Source of the DNA: Octopus sinensis
Taxonomy: Eukaryota
NCBI RefSeq assembly: GCF_006345805.1
Contig: NC_043006.1
Span: 63,984,001 to 64,048,000, forward strand
Length of the DNA stretch: 64,000 nt
Direction: 5' to 3'
The translations under genes were made by a program, and so were the position numbers. The first letter of the stretch is position 1. Every line of letters begins with the position of its first letter. Below are positions 63,606-64,000 of this stretch, one piece after another. A model generated the notes under the pieces. The model was not told the origin of the DNA and did not search any database. It saw nothing but the letters and a program-made list of their open reading frames with translations.

Positions 63606-64000
63606 ATACAAACTAGACGCAAATGGTATGGAAAAATATAGAAAAACATTGCTGCTACGAGAAGTGAACCCAGCAAAGGATGCACACATCTACAGACATA
63701 TATAGGGGCATATTTTGTAGGTAACCAACACAGAAAAAAAGAAAACTTGAACTGTCTGCAGTCATGTTTTGCATTGTTGTATGTAGTGTATCCATCCCTC
63801 ATCCATCAGATGGGAGCATTGGAAGACGTCAGTGATGCGTCATCTCTTCTGCACCTCTCTCCTTACGCTTTACAAGAACCAGACATCAAAGGAGCAGTTA
63901 TAGTATGGAAACATGCGCTGTAACAGCACGCCGCTGCATCCACCATTTGTTGGTGATTCCCTACTGCTGGCGGATGACATCTTTGCACTGCCCTCCAAAC

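Noticed and set aside
63790-64000. GC-richer segment with open minus-strand frames at the window edge
   Set aside because: Truncated by the window and unrecognised; it may be a LINE 3' relic or a terminal exon, and cannot be decided here.

Overview
Eukaryotic, AT-rich, repeat-saturated genomic DNA. The SINE, RTE-LINE and microsatellite content matches what I recognise from octopus (coleoid cephalopod) genomes; the taxon is inferred, not proven. One protein-coding gene is well supported: a minus-strand MSL1 (male-specific lethal 1) homolog. Six internal exons (8900-8740, 7581-7313, 4330-4269, 3921-3854, 2185-2058, 839-767) join in frame with GT-AG sites. They encode the end of the N-terminal coiled coil (LKCRIDRMERRL) and the PEHE domain. 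A probable proximal first exon lies at ~17.25-17.45 kb; the last exon lies left of the window. From 17.5 to 64 kb I find no recognisable gene, only tRNA-derived SINEs, RTE fragments, mariner/Tc1/pogo/hAT MITEs, Helentron-like elements and microsatellites. Nearly all ORF-track entries are repeat noise. Most notable observations: (1) three different short elements inserted in (TA)n tracts each carry a minimal hammerhead-ribozyme motif on the minus strand, with fold-back ends suggesting non-autonomous Penelope-like elements; (2) an unusual MSL1 5' architecture with a strong-Kozak Cys-rich uORF whose stop overlaps the main ATG, and no exon found for the first half of the MSL2-binding coil; (3) a likely intronic polyadenylation isoform lacking PEHE. 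Repeat coordinates are approximate.
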